From Patescibacteria group bacterium (GTDB lineage: Bacteria; Patescibacteriota; Microgenomatia; UBA8517): DNA of 64,000 nt. A program made the translations under genes and the position numbers. The stretch lies in NCBI GenBank assembly GCA_038206135.1, contig JBBRBD010000005.1, positions 467 to 64,466 on the forward strand, read 5' to 3'. The notes beneath the pieces were generated by a model. That model made no database searches. It had not been told where the DNA came from and worked only from the letters and a program-made list of their open reading frames with translations. Below, one piece after another: positions 17,677 to 27,370 of the stretch; the first letter of the stretch is position 1, and the number at the start of each line of letters is the position of its first letter.

Positions 17677-18789
17677 ATGCTTTCACTTATACCTCTGGTC
17701 CTCATTGCACTACTAACACTTTCACTTTTGGTAACGATCCATGAATTTGGACATTTTATTGCTGCAAAGCTCATTGGTGCGTGGCCAGAAGAATTCGGAA
17801 TTGGACTTCCTCCGCGTGTCTGGGGTAAAAAAATAGGGGAGACCCTTTGGTCAATTAATGCACTTCCGTTTGGTGGATTTGTGCGACTACACGGAGAGAC
17901 TGTCGACCCACATATGTCTCACCCTGAACGATCTTTTGCGAGAAAAAGTAAACTTGCACGAGCCTTTGTAGCGCTCGCTGGAATCACAATGAATTTAGTG
18001 TACGCTGTTTTTGCCTTTTCTTTAATATTTTTCATTCTCGGCGTTCCTCACGGAATAAAAGTAGAAACGGTAACTCCTGATTCTCCTGCGGCTGCAATTG
18101 GATTGAAGCAAAATGATGTCATTGAGGCAATAGATGGTCGTTCACTTTATAATTTAAGTTTTTTTGGTTTGAATGTTTCCAAGCACGCCGGACACAGTAT
18201 ATCTATTGATTATAAGGATTCAGCGACTGGTGACACCGTTAAGAAACAATTTGTTTTAAGGCAATTTGCTCCAGAAGGACAAGGACTCTTGGGTATCGCT
18301 TATAACACGGAGCCTGCGGGATACTTAGAAACCCCGGGTATTTCTCGCTTCTTCACCTCTCTTCAATATGGTGCATATCAAACATATGATTTTAGTGTTC
18401 TTATCTTGGGAGAATTTGGAAAAATGTTTTCGCAGATTTTTACAGGGCATGTTCCTCAAGGATTAACTGGTCCACTTGGAGTTGTTGGGGTTACGGCACA
18501 AGCTGCAAGCCAAGGCATTTTAGATCTTATTAATTTAACTGCTTTAATTTCAATTAACTTAGCACTTATTAACTTAGTCCCATTCCCACCACTTGATGGA
18601 TCACGAATAGTGTTTCTTATAATTGAGCAGTTTGTAGGAAGAAAGCGATTGCCTGCAATTGAGGAGAAGATTCAAACAGTTGGAATGTATCTTCTTCTTA
18701 TACTGGTTGTTTTCTTAACATTTCGTGAAGTGCCAAAGATATTTACATCTGGCTCGCTCGAAGGCTTCGTTCAAAGTTTAATAAAATAA
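17677..18789 (+). CDS. rseP: Site-2 (RIP) zinc metalloprotease of the RseP/M50 family, with a PDZ domain.
   Basis: The HEFGHFIAAKL zinc motif, a PDZ-like middle region and the C-terminal LDGSRIVF (LDG) motif are present. Confidence 0.8.
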   Translation: MLSLIPLVLIALLTLSLLVTIHEFGHFIAAKLIGAWPEEFGIGLPPRVWGKKIGETLWSINALPFGGFVRLHGETVDPHMSHPERSFARKSKLARAFVALAGITMNLVYAVFAFSLIFFILGVPHGIKVETVTPDSPAAAIGLKQNDVIEAIDGRSLYNLSFFGLNVSKHAGHSISIDYKDSATGDTVKKQFVLRQFAPEGQGLLGIAYNTEPAGYLETPGISRFFTSLQYGAYQTYDFSVLILGEFGKMFSQIFTGHVPQGLTGPLGVVGVTAQAASQGILDLINLTALISINLALINLVPFPPLDGSRIVFLIIEQFVGRKRLPAIEEKIQTVGMYLLLILVVFLTFREVPKIFTSGSLEGFVQSLIK

Positions 18790-18790
18790 A

Positions 18791-18825
18791 AAAGCGACCG
18801 CATTGCGCGGCCGCCATTTTTTTTG
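18791..18825 (+). terminator. Rho-independent terminator.
   Basis: GCGACCGC-att-GCGCGGCCGC followed by a T8 tract. Confidence 0.5.
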
Positions 18826-18829
18826 ATAT

Positions 18830-19207
18830 CTACACTTGATATCCGCCAGAACCCCACAACTCAAGCAGTATTGTTGCAAGAAGTGCAGCAACCACACTTG
18901 CTACAACACAAATCACTATGCCGTTTAAAGTTATTGTGGTGAGCGTTTGAAATGTACCAAGAATCACAAAACTAATAACAAATGAGAATGGAACACTTTG
19001 CTTAAGAATTGACCAAGGTATCACAATTGATGTTACGAGCAGTGCCATACATAATGCGCTTGCAGCGATATGTAGACAAAGCCACAAAACTGTTTGCAGT
19101 GTTATAACAATACCCATGATTAGCGCAGTTGAAACAAGGAGGAATATGAAAAAAGTCTCGACGAAATAGAGGACCTCGTTCGCGACAGTCTTTTCTGGGA
19201 ATTTCAT
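18830..19207 (-). CDS. Hypothetical polytopic membrane protein, 125 aa.
   Basis: It has four predicted TM helices. Confidence 0.4.
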   Translation of the reverse strand: MKFPEKTVANEVLYFVETFFIFLLVSTALIMGIVITLQTVLWLCLHIAASALCMALLVTSIVIPWSILKQSVPFSFVISFVILGTFQTLTTITLNGIVICVVASVVAALLATILLELWGSGGYQV

Positions 19208-19306
19208 GTAAACGTGCCCTTCTACTTACTTTACTTATTCTATTGCCAATGATACCCCATATTGCGAGGATAGACAATTATTTCCCGTGTCAGGTATACT
19301 TCATTC

Positions 19307-20512
19307 ATGCGACAAAGTACATTATTCCCCAAAACTGAAGCGAATGCGCCTAAAGATGAACAGGCCATAAATGCGAAGTTCCTCCTTCGCGCTGGGTTTA
19401 TAGATAAACTTATGGCTGGCTCCTACACACTTTTGCCTCTCGGGCGACTTGTTGAGCAAAAAATTGAGCAAATTGTTCGGGAAGAAATGAATAAAACAGG
19501 AGCCCTTGAGGTATTGCTGCCACTTTTGCATCCCAAGGAAATTTGGAATGAAACAGGACGCTGGGACAGTGCTTCTGAAGTCATGTATAAACTAGAAAAA
19601 GACAAAAAAGAATACGCACTTTCATTTACTCACGAAGAAATTATTATGGATGTAATACGAAAACATCTGACTTCATATAAGGATTTACCAATTATGCTGT
19701 ATCAATTTTCGACAAAATTTCGATCAGAACTAAGGGCAAAGTCAGGTATTTTGCGAGGACGCGAATTTTTAATGAAAGATTTATATAGCGCTCATGCAAC
19801 AGAAGAAGGTATGTGGAAATATTATTGGGAAGTGGCAGACGCTTATGTGCGGGTTTATGAAAGATTGGGATTAAAACCAATTATTACAGAAGCCTCCGGA
19901 GGTGTATTTACAGACAACAAAACACACGAGTTTCAAATTGAATCGAGTGTCGGGGAAGACACTATTTATATGGCAGATGGTTGGAAATATGCAAAAAATG
20001 ATGAAGTTATGACTGATGAGGACAGAAATGCCCCTAATTTAAGAACAATTACCTCAATTGAAGCAGGCAACATTTTCCCTTTTGGACCACAGAAATATGC
20101 TGAAAAAATGAATGGAATGTTTACTGATTCAGATGGCGTGAAGAAGCCTGTTTGGTTCGCAAGTTATGGAATTGGAATTACTCGTTTGATGGGAATTCTA
20201 GTTGAAGTTTCACACGATGAACGAGGGATTATTTGGCCTGAGGCTGCGGCTCCTTTTTCTGTTCACTTGATTGAAATTGGAGAAGGAAAGGGTAAAGCAG
20301 TATATGAAAAATTAGTTTCTCAGGATATTGAAGTCTTGTATGACGATCGTGATATGGGCGCCGGATCGAAATTTGCAGATTCCGATTTAATTGGAATTCC
20401 AGTGCGGTTAGTGGTTTCAGAGAAAACAAACGGTAAAATTGAATGGAAAAAAAGAAATAGTCAGATAACAGAACTGATAGATGAGGAAGAACTTCTAAAA
20501 AGATTAAAGTAA
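19307..20512 (+). CDS. proS: Prolyl-tRNA synthetase, short form.
   Basis: The class II aaRS motifs and the ProRS N-terminus (FLLRAGFIDKLMAGSYTLLPLG) are present. Confidence 0.85.
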   Translation: MRQSTLFPKTEANAPKDEQAINAKFLLRAGFIDKLMAGSYTLLPLGRLVEQKIEQIVREEMNKTGALEVLLPLLHPKEIWNETGRWDSASEVMYKLEKDKKEYALSFTHEEIIMDVIRKHLTSYKDLPIMLYQFSTKFRSELRAKSGILRGREFLMKDLYSAHATEEGMWKYYWEVADAYVRVYERLGLKPIITEASGGVFTDNKTHEFQIESSVGEDTIYMADGWKYAKNDEVMTDEDRNAPNLRTITSIEAGNIFPFGPQKYAEKMNGMFTDSDGVKKPVWFASYGIGITRLMGILVEVSHDERGIIWPEAAAPFSVHLIEIGEGKGKAVYEKLVSQDIEVLYDDRDMGAGSKFADSDLIGIPVRLVVSEKTNGKIEWKKRNSQITELIDEEELLKRLK

Positions 20513-20596
20513 CGCTTCAAGCTTGAATTCCAACCTATAGGCCTGTATACTGTGCAACGACCGGATATTGTTTACTAGTTAGTGGAGTACTTTAAA

Positions 20597-21646
20597 ATGG
20601 TTCAACGTATTGTTGTTATTGGTGGGGGCGGTGGAGCTTCTACGCTCTTGAGGCTCTTAAAAACATACGAAAACTTGCATTTAACTGGTTTACCCGTCAT
20701 GTTCGATAGCGGTGGTTCAACCGGAAAAGTTTCTCAAGAACATGGTTTGAGACCAGTTAGTGATGTTTTAAATCAAATTTTGGCACTAGTGCCTGACGGA
20801 TACTCTGAACTACAACGAGCGGCGAGAGCCCTTTTGGGATATCGGTTCGACGAAGGTATTGTTCGAGGCCGTCGAGTCGATAATTATATGGTTGTTGCCT
20901 TGACACGTGCATTTGGTTCTGAGGAACTTGCAATTAAGGCGCTCTGCAACCTGTTTCAGATTGTAGGTGAAGTTCACCCTGTCTCATTTTCACCATCTAA
21001 CTTGGTCGCTCGATATGCTGTTCCTAATCATCAGGCCGAGGATTATGAAGTTATTGGGGAGAGTGATATTGACTCAGCGAAAAAGAAATTCCAGTTACGG
21101 TATCCAATTTCATACCTGGGGCTTGATTCTGAGCCGCTTGCCAATCTTTCAGCCGTGGACGCAATCTTGAATGCCGATAAGGTGATTCTTGGCCCTGGGA
21201 GTCTATACACAAGCTTGTTACCAAACCTCCTGATTGGACAAATCCGTGATGCTTTAGTAAAGACTAAGGCAAAGCTCTTGGTACCAATTAACTTGATGAC
21301 TCAGGCGGGACAAACATCCCATCAAGGCAAGGATGGAGACTGGAAGTATTGGTATGTTCATCAACATGTATATGAGATTTTGAAGTATCTAAATGGTGGA
21401 CGCAAAATTGACGGAATTTTTGTACATGACCATGAAGAATTCCCGTTTTCACCAGATGTACTGATGCGCTATCGCGCTTCTGGGAGTGGGCCCGTCTTTT
21501 TAGACTCTGCATTTGACATGGGAATTCCACTGTCACGGGGCAATTATGCGGATCCGTCTGAACAGTTGTCAGGTAAGTCTGATAGAACGCAGAGATCATT
21601 TGTTCGAAATTCTCGGGCGTTGACAGATGCTCTGTTGTCAGTTTAA
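20597..21646 (+). CDS. yvcK: YvcK/CofD-like (UPF0052) gluconeogenesis-factor family protein.
   Basis: IVVIGGGGGASTLLRLL...FDSGGSTGK and ILGPGSLYTSLLPNLL are present. The ORF track starts it at GTG 20582. Confidence 0.75.
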   Translation: MVQRIVVIGGGGGASTLLRLLKTYENLHLTGLPVMFDSGGSTGKVSQEHGLRPVSDVLNQILALVPDGYSELQRAARALLGYRFDEGIVRGRRVDNYMVVALTRAFGSEELAIKALCNLFQIVGEVHPVSFSPSNLVARYAVPNHQAEDYEVIGESDIDSAKKKFQLRYPISYLGLDSEPLANLSAVDAILNADKVILGPGSLYTSLLPNLLIGQIRDALVKTKAKLLVPINLMTQAGQTSHQGKDGDWKYWYVHQHVYEILKYLNGGRKIDGIFVHDHEEFPFSPDVLMRYRASGSGPVFLDSAFDMGIPLSRGNYADPSEQLSGKSDRTQRSFVRNSRALTDALLSV

Positions 21647-21684
21647 AAAAGTGGCGGTGTTTTTATACACCGCCTTTCTTTTTG
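21645..21684 (+). terminator. Rho-independent terminator.
   Basis: GGCGGTGT-ttttat-ACACCGCC followed by TTTCTTTTTG. Confidence 0.6.
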
Positions 21685-21697
21685 CTATAATACGCGC

Positions 21698-22039
21698 ATG
21701 GAGGATTGTATCTTTTGTAAAATTGTTAGGAAAGACGCTCCTGCAACAATTGTTTTTGAGAATGACTTGGTACTAGCATTTAATAGTATTTCGCCAGTTT
21801 CAGAAATTCATGTCTTAATTGTTCCCAAAAGCCATATTGAAAGCTTTTTAGATGTGGTTGATTACAACGACATGGTTGACGTGACTAAAGCCGCACAAGA
21901 AATAGTGCAAAAATTAAAAATTGAGAATGGGTATAAACTTGTCATAAATGGGGGAAAGTATCAGGCTGTAAAACACCTTCATTTGCACTTATTGGGAGGC
22001 AAATTAGAAGACGAGAAAGATGTGTTAAATAACACTTAA
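21698..22039 (+). CDS. HIT-family (histidine triad) hydrolase.
   Basis: It has the CIFCKI N-terminus and an HLHLHLLGG histidine triad. Confidence 0.8.
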   Translation: MEDCIFCKIVRKDAPATIVFENDLVLAFNSISPVSEIHVLIVPKSHIESFLDVVDYNDMVDVTKAAQEIVQKLKIENGYKLVINGGKYQAVKHLHLHLLGGKLEDEKDVLNNT

Positions 22040-22044
22040 ATAAT

Positions 22045-22473
22045 ATGTTAATTGAAACTATAAATAAACAAATCATTGTCGCTATGAAGGCGCATGAGTC
22101 AACACGTCTCGAAACAATGCGTATGCTTTCTGCTGCATTAAAGTATGCACAAATCGACAAGATGCGTGTCTTAACTTCTGATGAAGAATTAGATGTTGTA
22201 AGAAAAGAAGCAAAGAAGCGTAATGATGCAATTGAAATGTATATGAAAGCCAATGAGACTGAGCGAGCAAATCAAGAAAAGTCTGAGCTTGAAATTTTGA
22301 AAGAATTTATGCCAGCGGCACTTTCATTAAGTGAACTTGAGAGTTTAATTGATCAAGCGATAGGCGAAGAAGGCAAAGACTTTGGAAAAGTTATGAAGTC
22401 TGTTATGCAAAAAACTAAAGGCTCTGCAGATGGAAAGCAGATGAGCGAACTGGTAAGGGCAAAAATCGTATGA
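22045..22473 (+). CDS. GatB/YqeY domain protein.
   Basis: The N-terminus MLIETINKQIIVAMKAHESTRLETMRMLSAALKYAQIDK is typical of YqeY. Confidence 0.7.
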   Translation: MLIETINKQIIVAMKAHESTRLETMRMLSAALKYAQIDKMRVLTSDEELDVVRKEAKKRNDAIEMYMKANETERANQEKSELEILKEFMPAALSLSELESLIDQAIGEEGKDFGKVMKSVMQKTKGSADGKQMSELVRAKIV

Positions 22474-22868
22474 TAACTGTTGTTGTGAGCAAACAAATTC
22501 AATGCCCAGTTCGTGCTATTGAAGTAAAAAAACGCGTAACTAAAGTATTTAAAGATAACGGTATTGTGTCCGATGCAGAAGCCGAAGTGGCAATAGTTGA
22601 CGCTGAAACGATGCTCAAATATGTTGAAGAATATCTGCACGAGACAGGTCCCAAAGCAAAATCTCACCCAGTACTTTCATTTGTGCAAACAGAACTAGAA
22701 GGGCCATTTCAGTTTCCACCAGATAATATTCTTCACTTAGGTGAAATAATTGTTAGTTACCCGCATGCATTGGAAGACTCAAAGCATCACAATAAAACCG
22801 TAACCGATGCAGTCTCAGATCTTGCGGAACATGCAGCACTTCATTTACTCGGTATTCACCACAAATAA
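22470..22868 (+). CDS. ybeY: rRNA maturation endoribonuclease YbeY.
   Basis: The C-terminal HxxxHxxGxxH zinc motif appears as HAALHLLGIHH. Confidence 0.8.
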   Translation: MITVVVSKQIQCPVRAIEVKKRVTKVFKDNGIVSDAEAEVAIVDAETMLKYVEEYLHETGPKAKSHPVLSFVQTELEGPFQFPPDNILHLGEIIVSYPHALEDSKHHNKTVTDAVSDLAEHAALHLLGIHHK

Positions 22869-22872
22869 CTAA

Positions 22873-22910
22873 TAAAAAACACCTAGGGTTTATAGGTGTT
22901 TTGCTTTGTT
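22873..22910 (+). terminator. Rho-independent terminator.
   Basis: AACACCTA-gggttta-TAGGTGTT followed by TTGCTTTGTT. Confidence 0.55.
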
Positions 22911-22927
22911 CCCGGCCTCCTTATAAA

Positions 22928-23110
22928 TTAGGCAAGGGTTAACATTTCGTCGATTGATGTAATAATGATTTCAATCTTATTTGGATCACCGACCTTCGTC
23001 GACGGGGAAATTAACGTGAACCCGATCATTCCGAATTGTGTTAATGAACCACTTTCAATTGCCTTTTTGCAGCTCGCAGAAATATCTTCCATAAGATACC
23101 TGGTGCTCAA
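22928..23110 (-). CDS. Hypothetical small ORF. It is the downstream half of one reading frame interrupted by TAA at 23171-23173.
   Basis: It is in the same frame as 23171..23344, with exactly 20 sense codons between them. The possible starts, TTG 23110 and ATG 23092, have weak RBSs. Confidence 0.3.
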   Translation of the reverse strand: MSTRYLMEDISASCKKAIESGSLTQFGMIGFTLISPSTKVGDPNKIEIIITSIDEMLTLA

Positions 23111-23170
23111 TGTTAGAACATCCCTGACACCAGCAATTATGTCGAGAACTTCATTTCCCGAATCAATGAG

Positions 23171-23344
23171 TTATTGGGCTTGAGTTTGGAAAAGGTGATA
23201 TAACTCAGCTACATCAGCATTGGAGTGTGTCTGAACAGCTCTGCCTCTGGCAACATCCATTATCTTTTGATCTTTATTGACCCGATCATTGATATCCACA
23301 AGTTTTTCGCGTAACTTCTGCATTGTCGCTCGATCTAAAGTCAT
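23171..23344 (-). CDS. Hypothetical small protein, 57 aa, predicted coiled-coil. The ORF track extends it to 23476.
   Basis: ATG 23344 carries an AAAGGGG RBS. The protein is MTLDRATMQKLREKLVDINDRVNKDQKIMDVARGRAVQTHSNADVAELYHLFQTQAQ. Confidence 0.4.
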   Translation of the reverse strand: MTLDRATMQKLREKLVDINDRVNKDQKIMDVARGRAVQTHSNADVAELYHLFQTQAQ

Positions 23345-23474
23345 TTTTAAGACCCCTTTAACATATATCTCGACTATAGATAGTATAGTATCAAAACAAC
23401 AGAATATCAAGCTATGGGTTGATTTAATTGTTCCCTTTTTAAACTTCTTAAACAGTGATACTCTGTACAAACTC

Positions 23475-24986
23475 ATGACTTACTATTTAAAGTATCGACC
23501 GCAAACTATTGCTGAGCTTGATTTAGTAAGTGCTCGTGAAACTTTGATGCATCTGATTGCAAAAGAAAGCTTGCCTCATGCATTTTTGTTTACGGGGCCT
23601 CGTGGAACGGGGAAAACTTCAGCAGCTCGGATACTTGCAAAAGCCATAAACTGTGAACACAAAGAAGCTGGAAGCAATGAGCCTTGCAATGTATGTGAAA
23701 CCTGCCGCGCTATCACAAAAGGCACGCACATTGATGTTATTGAGATGGATGCGGCAAGTAATCGCGGCATTGATGAGATTAGAGCCCTAAAACAGGACAT
23801 TATGCTGGCACCGGCACTTTTAAAAAAGAAAGTGTACATTATTGATGAAGTACACATGTTAACCACAGAAGCTGCTAATGCACTCTTGAAAACACTTGAG
23901 GAGCCACCAGAACATGTGGTGTTTATTCTCGCGACAACTGATCCACAAAAACTTCCACAAACCGTTGTCTCCAGGCTTTCTATTGTGCAGTTCTACAAAG
24001 CTTCTGAAACAGAAGTTACCGAAAAATTGAAAAAAATTGTTGCTGAGGAAAAACTAACCGTAGAACCTGAAGTATATTCTGCAATTTCTAATATTGCGGA
24101 TGGTTCTTTTCGAGACGCAGTGAAGCTACTGGAAGAATTTGCGCTTAAAAGCCCGACAATAACGCTTGATAGTATTCAAAATCAGCTACACACGGGAAGC
24201 AACCAATCACACGAGTTATTCTTAAAGTTAAACAAAGAAGGACTTGAATCTACAATGCAGCTAATTGCTGAACTCACAAAACAAGGGGTAGATGGAAAAG
24301 CGTTTTTAAACTCGTTCATAGATGAAGTGCATGGTGCACTTTTGAAAAGCGTTATAAATGGGGAAAAGTCAGCAATCTCAGAATCGGATTGCGTGAATCT
24401 TTTAGAACTTTTACTTGAAGCAAAGTCGAGGATGATGTTTTCAACAAACGATTTTCTTCCCTTAGAAATTGCATTAATAAAATTTAAGACTGATAAACAT
24501 AAAGTTCCGGAAAAAAAAGTTGAAACCCTGCCCTATGTAAAAACTGTTCCTCTGGAAACAAAAGTTGAAGTTCAACCTTTAGTTTCTGCGACAAGTTCTG
24601 CTCCCGAGAAAACTGATGTAGTTGCATCTCCTCCGATTACTTTTCAAAGTAAAGACCTCGTCGACATTGATACATGGGGGAGAATTTTATTGCTGATGCG
24701 AGAAAGAAATGCAAGTATAGAAGCGCTTCTTCGTGCTACAAAACCGCGCGCATTCGATGGCTCAAACCTAAAGCTGGGGGTATATTTTCAATTTCACAAG
24801 GAACGACTCGAAATGCCAGCAACTAAAATTCTCCTTGAAGAAGTATTGTCTGGCGTGTTTGGCGGGACAGTAGTTGTCCAATTTGCGCTCGAGGATCCAC
24901 CACCGAAGCCACAAGACGAAGTGAGTTTGCAGGAAACCGGTGCGCCTGATATTATTAACGCTGCAAAGGAAATATTTGGTAATTAA
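23475..24986 (+). CDS. dnaX: DNA polymerase III subunit gamma/tau.
   Basis: MTYYLKYRPQTIAEL, the Walker A FTGPRGTGKTS, a CxxC zinc module (CEHKEAGSNEPCNVCETC) and a sensor-1/Walker B region are present. Confidence 0.85.
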   Translation: MTYYLKYRPQTIAELDLVSARETLMHLIAKESLPHAFLFTGPRGTGKTSAARILAKAINCEHKEAGSNEPCNVCETCRAITKGTHIDVIEMDAASNRGIDEIRALKQDIMLAPALLKKKVYIIDEVHMLTTEAANALLKTLEEPPEHVVFILATTDPQKLPQTVVSRLSIVQFYKASETEVTEKLKKIVAEEKLTVEPEVYSAISNIADGSFRDAVKLLEEFALKSPTITLDSIQNQLHTGSNQSHELFLKLNKEGLESTMQLIAELTKQGVDGKAFLNSFIDEVHGALLKSVINGEKSAISESDCVNLLELLLEAKSRMMFSTNDFLPLEIALIKFKTDKHKVPEKKVETLPYVKTVPLETKVEVQPLVSATSSAPEKTDVVASPPITFQSKDLVDIDTWGRILLLMRERNASIEALLRATKPRAFDGSNLKLGVYFQFHKERLEMPATKILLEEVLSGVFGGTVVVQFALEDPPPKPQDEVSLQETGAPDIINAAKEIFGN

Positions 24987-25009
24987 CTTTTTCTTAAACT
25001 TATATACAT

Positions 25010-25294
25010 ATGTTCGATAAACTTAAACAAGGCAAACAATTATTGGAACTTCGAAGCCAAGCTGCAAAAATGCAAAAGAAATTAGCCGAACTGACAGAGT
25101 CCGTCGAAAAGGGTGATTATCATGTAAAAGTTTCAGCAGATCAAAAAGTGCAGTTTATCTCAAAAAACGGTGAGCGATTGGAAGAACTTGAAAAAGCAAT
25201 TAACCAAGCATTCGAAGCTGTTCAAAAGAAAGCCGCTCAAAAAATGCTTGAAGAAGAAGGTCTCTCTGGACTTCTTGGAAAGCTTGGACAATAA
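25010..25294 (+). CDS. ybaB: YbaB/EbfC-family nucleoid-associated protein.
   Basis: It is 94 aa, follows dnaX and precedes recR. The MQKKLAEL...HVKVSADQKV...LEELEKAINQAFEAVQKK pattern supports the call. Confidence 0.6.
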   Translation: MFDKLKQGKQLLELRSQAAKMQKKLAELTESVEKGDYHVKVSADQKVQFISKNGERLEELEKAINQAFEAVQKKAAQKMLEEEGLSGLLGKLGQ

Positions 25295-25332
25295 GTACTT
25301 ACTTCATATTCAGTTTTCATTTAAAATGAATA

Positions 25333-26718
25333 ATGCCTGTTAGAAAAATATTTAATTCTATTCGTGTTTTTGTTTTTTTAGGCGGTTTAGTTGCTGGTAC
25401 ACTCGTTATTAGGCAGCAGATTAGTTTAAATTCACATGCCTCTGGCACACCGGCGAGTCTTGTGTATGATTTTGGGGCAACTTCATCCGCAAAAAATAGT
25501 TGGCAGTTTTTGTCTCAAGGAGGGGAAGAGAGAAATCCTCATTCATTGTCTCCAGTCGTTTCTCAAGTTCAGTCAATTCATCCTCAGTATATTCGTATCG
25601 ATCACATATATGACTTTTTTTCAATTGTTTCAAAAAACACACAAGGGGCTCTGGCCTACAACTGGTCGGACTTTGATACATACATTCAAGACATTTTGAA
25701 AACAGGAGCTAAACCATTTTTGTCACTTTCCTACGCTCCAACTGCCCTTGCGGATCACGATGTTGATATGCCAAATCTTCCGCTTTGGACACAGATTGTG
25801 AAAGCAACGATTGAGCATATTAGTGGAAAAAACAACTTGGGAGTTTCTGATGTGTATTACGAGGTGTGGAATGAGCCTGATTTATTTGGCCAATTTAAGG
25901 TGTATCCACCAAAAGATTATGGCGACTTATATAAAGCAAGTAGCGTTGGGGCACAGAGTGCACAAAACGTTCTAGCCTTTAAGCTTGGAGGTCCTGCGAC
26001 AACAGGCTTATATAAAAACTGGTTTGATGCACTGGCAAATCTCTCTAAAACGCAAAAGACTCGCTTTGATTTCTTTAGTTGGCATGTGTATGGACAAGAC
26101 ACGACTACTTTGTCACAAAATATTTCTGATGTTTTGGCTTGGAAAAAAGAAGCAAACCTTCCAAACTTAGAATTATATGTAACTGAAAATGGCATTGATG
26201 CTGCAAATAACACTGCATATGATGGCAGCTTGGGTGCATTCCACACTTTTTCAGCTGTGGCAACTTCAGCTGACAAACTAGATGGTCTATTCTCGTTCGA
26301 GATAAAAGATGGAGCTGGTCCTAATCAGTACTGGGGCAGGTGGGGGTTATTTACTCATGAAAAGTTTGGTACTCCTGTTCCGAAGCCGCGATACCGCGCA
26401 CTAGAATTTTTGAATAACATGAACAAGGGAAGTCAACTTCCAGTTACCGGAAATGGAAGTTACGTGTCGTCATTCGCTCGGGTTGACGGAACGACAACAC
26501 GCATTTTTGTCGTAAATTATGACCCAGACGGTAAACACGTAGAAGCAGTTCCTATGCATTTTAGTGGAATTACTGCCAAACGGTTTTTGTTTACTCGCCG
26601 CGACTATCAAGGAAAAAGTACACCACTGCTGGTAATTCCAACAAACGGTGTGTGGGATACAGTTCAATATTTCCCGGTAAATTCTGCTGCAATATTTGAG
26701 ATAACGCCTCAAAGTTAA
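25333..26718 (+). CDS. Membrane-anchored, extracytoplasmic clan GH-A glycoside hydrolase (GH5/GH39-like).
   Basis: It has an N-terminal TM anchor. A candidate acid/base motif YEVWNEPD and a nucleophile motif LYVTENG lie about 105 aa apart. Confidence 0.5.
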   Translation: MPVRKIFNSIRVFVFLGGLVAGTLVIRQQISLNSHASGTPASLVYDFGATSSAKNSWQFLSQGGEERNPHSLSPVVSQVQSIHPQYIRIDHIYDFFSIVSKNTQGALAYNWSDFDTYIQDILKTGAKPFLSLSYAPTALADHDVDMPNLPLWTQIVKATIEHISGKNNLGVSDVYYEVWNEPDLFGQFKVYPPKDYGDLYKASSVGAQSAQNVLAFKLGGPATTGLYKNWFDALANLSKTQKTRFDFFSWHVYGQDTTTLSQNISDVLAWKKEANLPNLELYVTENGIDAANNTAYDGSLGAFHTFSAVATSADKLDGLFSFEIKDGAGPNQYWGRWGLFTHEKFGTPVPKPRYRALEFLNNMNKGSQLPVTGNGSYVSSFARVDGTTTRIFVVNYDPDGKHVEAVPMHFSGITAKRFLFTRRDYQGKSTPLLVIPTNGVWDTVQYFPVNSAAIFEITPQS

Positions 26719-26747
26719 ACTTCTTAAATGTCTGGTACAATGAGCAG

Positions 26748-27368
26748 ATGAAGGCCCCAAAACCCTTAACTGATGTAATTGGCTCGTTTGAAAAACTTCC
26801 GGGCGTTGGTCCCAAAACGGCACAGCGTTTAGCTTACTATTTATTGCATGTTCCGCAAAATGAGCTTGATTCGTTTGCTTTTGCCCTTACCAACTTAAGG
26901 AAAAACACAGTGCTTTGTGAAATCTGTAAAAATGTAGCTGAAAGTGACCCGTGTCCTGTTTGTGCTGATACAACTCGTGACGCTTCTGTTATTTTAGTTG
27001 TAGAACAACCACTGGATATTTTGGCGTTTGAAAAAACTGGAAAGTATCACGGGATGTATCATGTTCTTCATGGTTCAATTAATCCGCTTGATAACATTGG
27101 TCCAGACGAAATTTTCTTGGAACAGGTGATTACCCGTGCAGGAGTTGCAGATCATTCAGTAAAAGAAATAATTATTGCAACTAATCCAACAATGGAAGGG
27201 GAAGCTACTGCGATGTACCTAACAAGAAGACTGAGAGATGCCGTTCCTTCAAACGGATTTACTTTAGAAATCACTCGCCTTGGCATGGGAATTCCAACTG
27301 GCGCATATTTAGAATTTGCGGATGAAACAACTTTAACTCGAGCGATTGAAGGAAGAAGATCTTTGTAA
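26748..27368 (+). CDS. recR: Recombination protein RecR.
   Basis: The HhH motif LPGVGPKTAQRLAYYLL, a C4 zinc finger (CEICKNVAESDPCPVC) and a Toprim domain are present. Confidence 0.9.
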   Translation: MKAPKPLTDVIGSFEKLPGVGPKTAQRLAYYLLHVPQNELDSFAFALTNLRKNTVLCEICKNVAESDPCPVCADTTRDASVILVVEQPLDILAFEKTGKYHGMYHVLHGSINPLDNIGPDEIFLEQVITRAGVADHSVKEIIIATNPTMEGEATAMYLTRRLRDAVPSNGFTLEITRLGMGIPTGAYLEFADETTLTRAIEGRRSL

Positions 27369-27370
27369 CT

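Noticed and set aside
23277-23474. The ORF-track TTG-initiated 569-aa dnaX extension.
   Set aside because: - The extension overlaps the minus-strand small gene.
- DnaX homology (MTYYLKYRPQT...) begins at ATG 23475.
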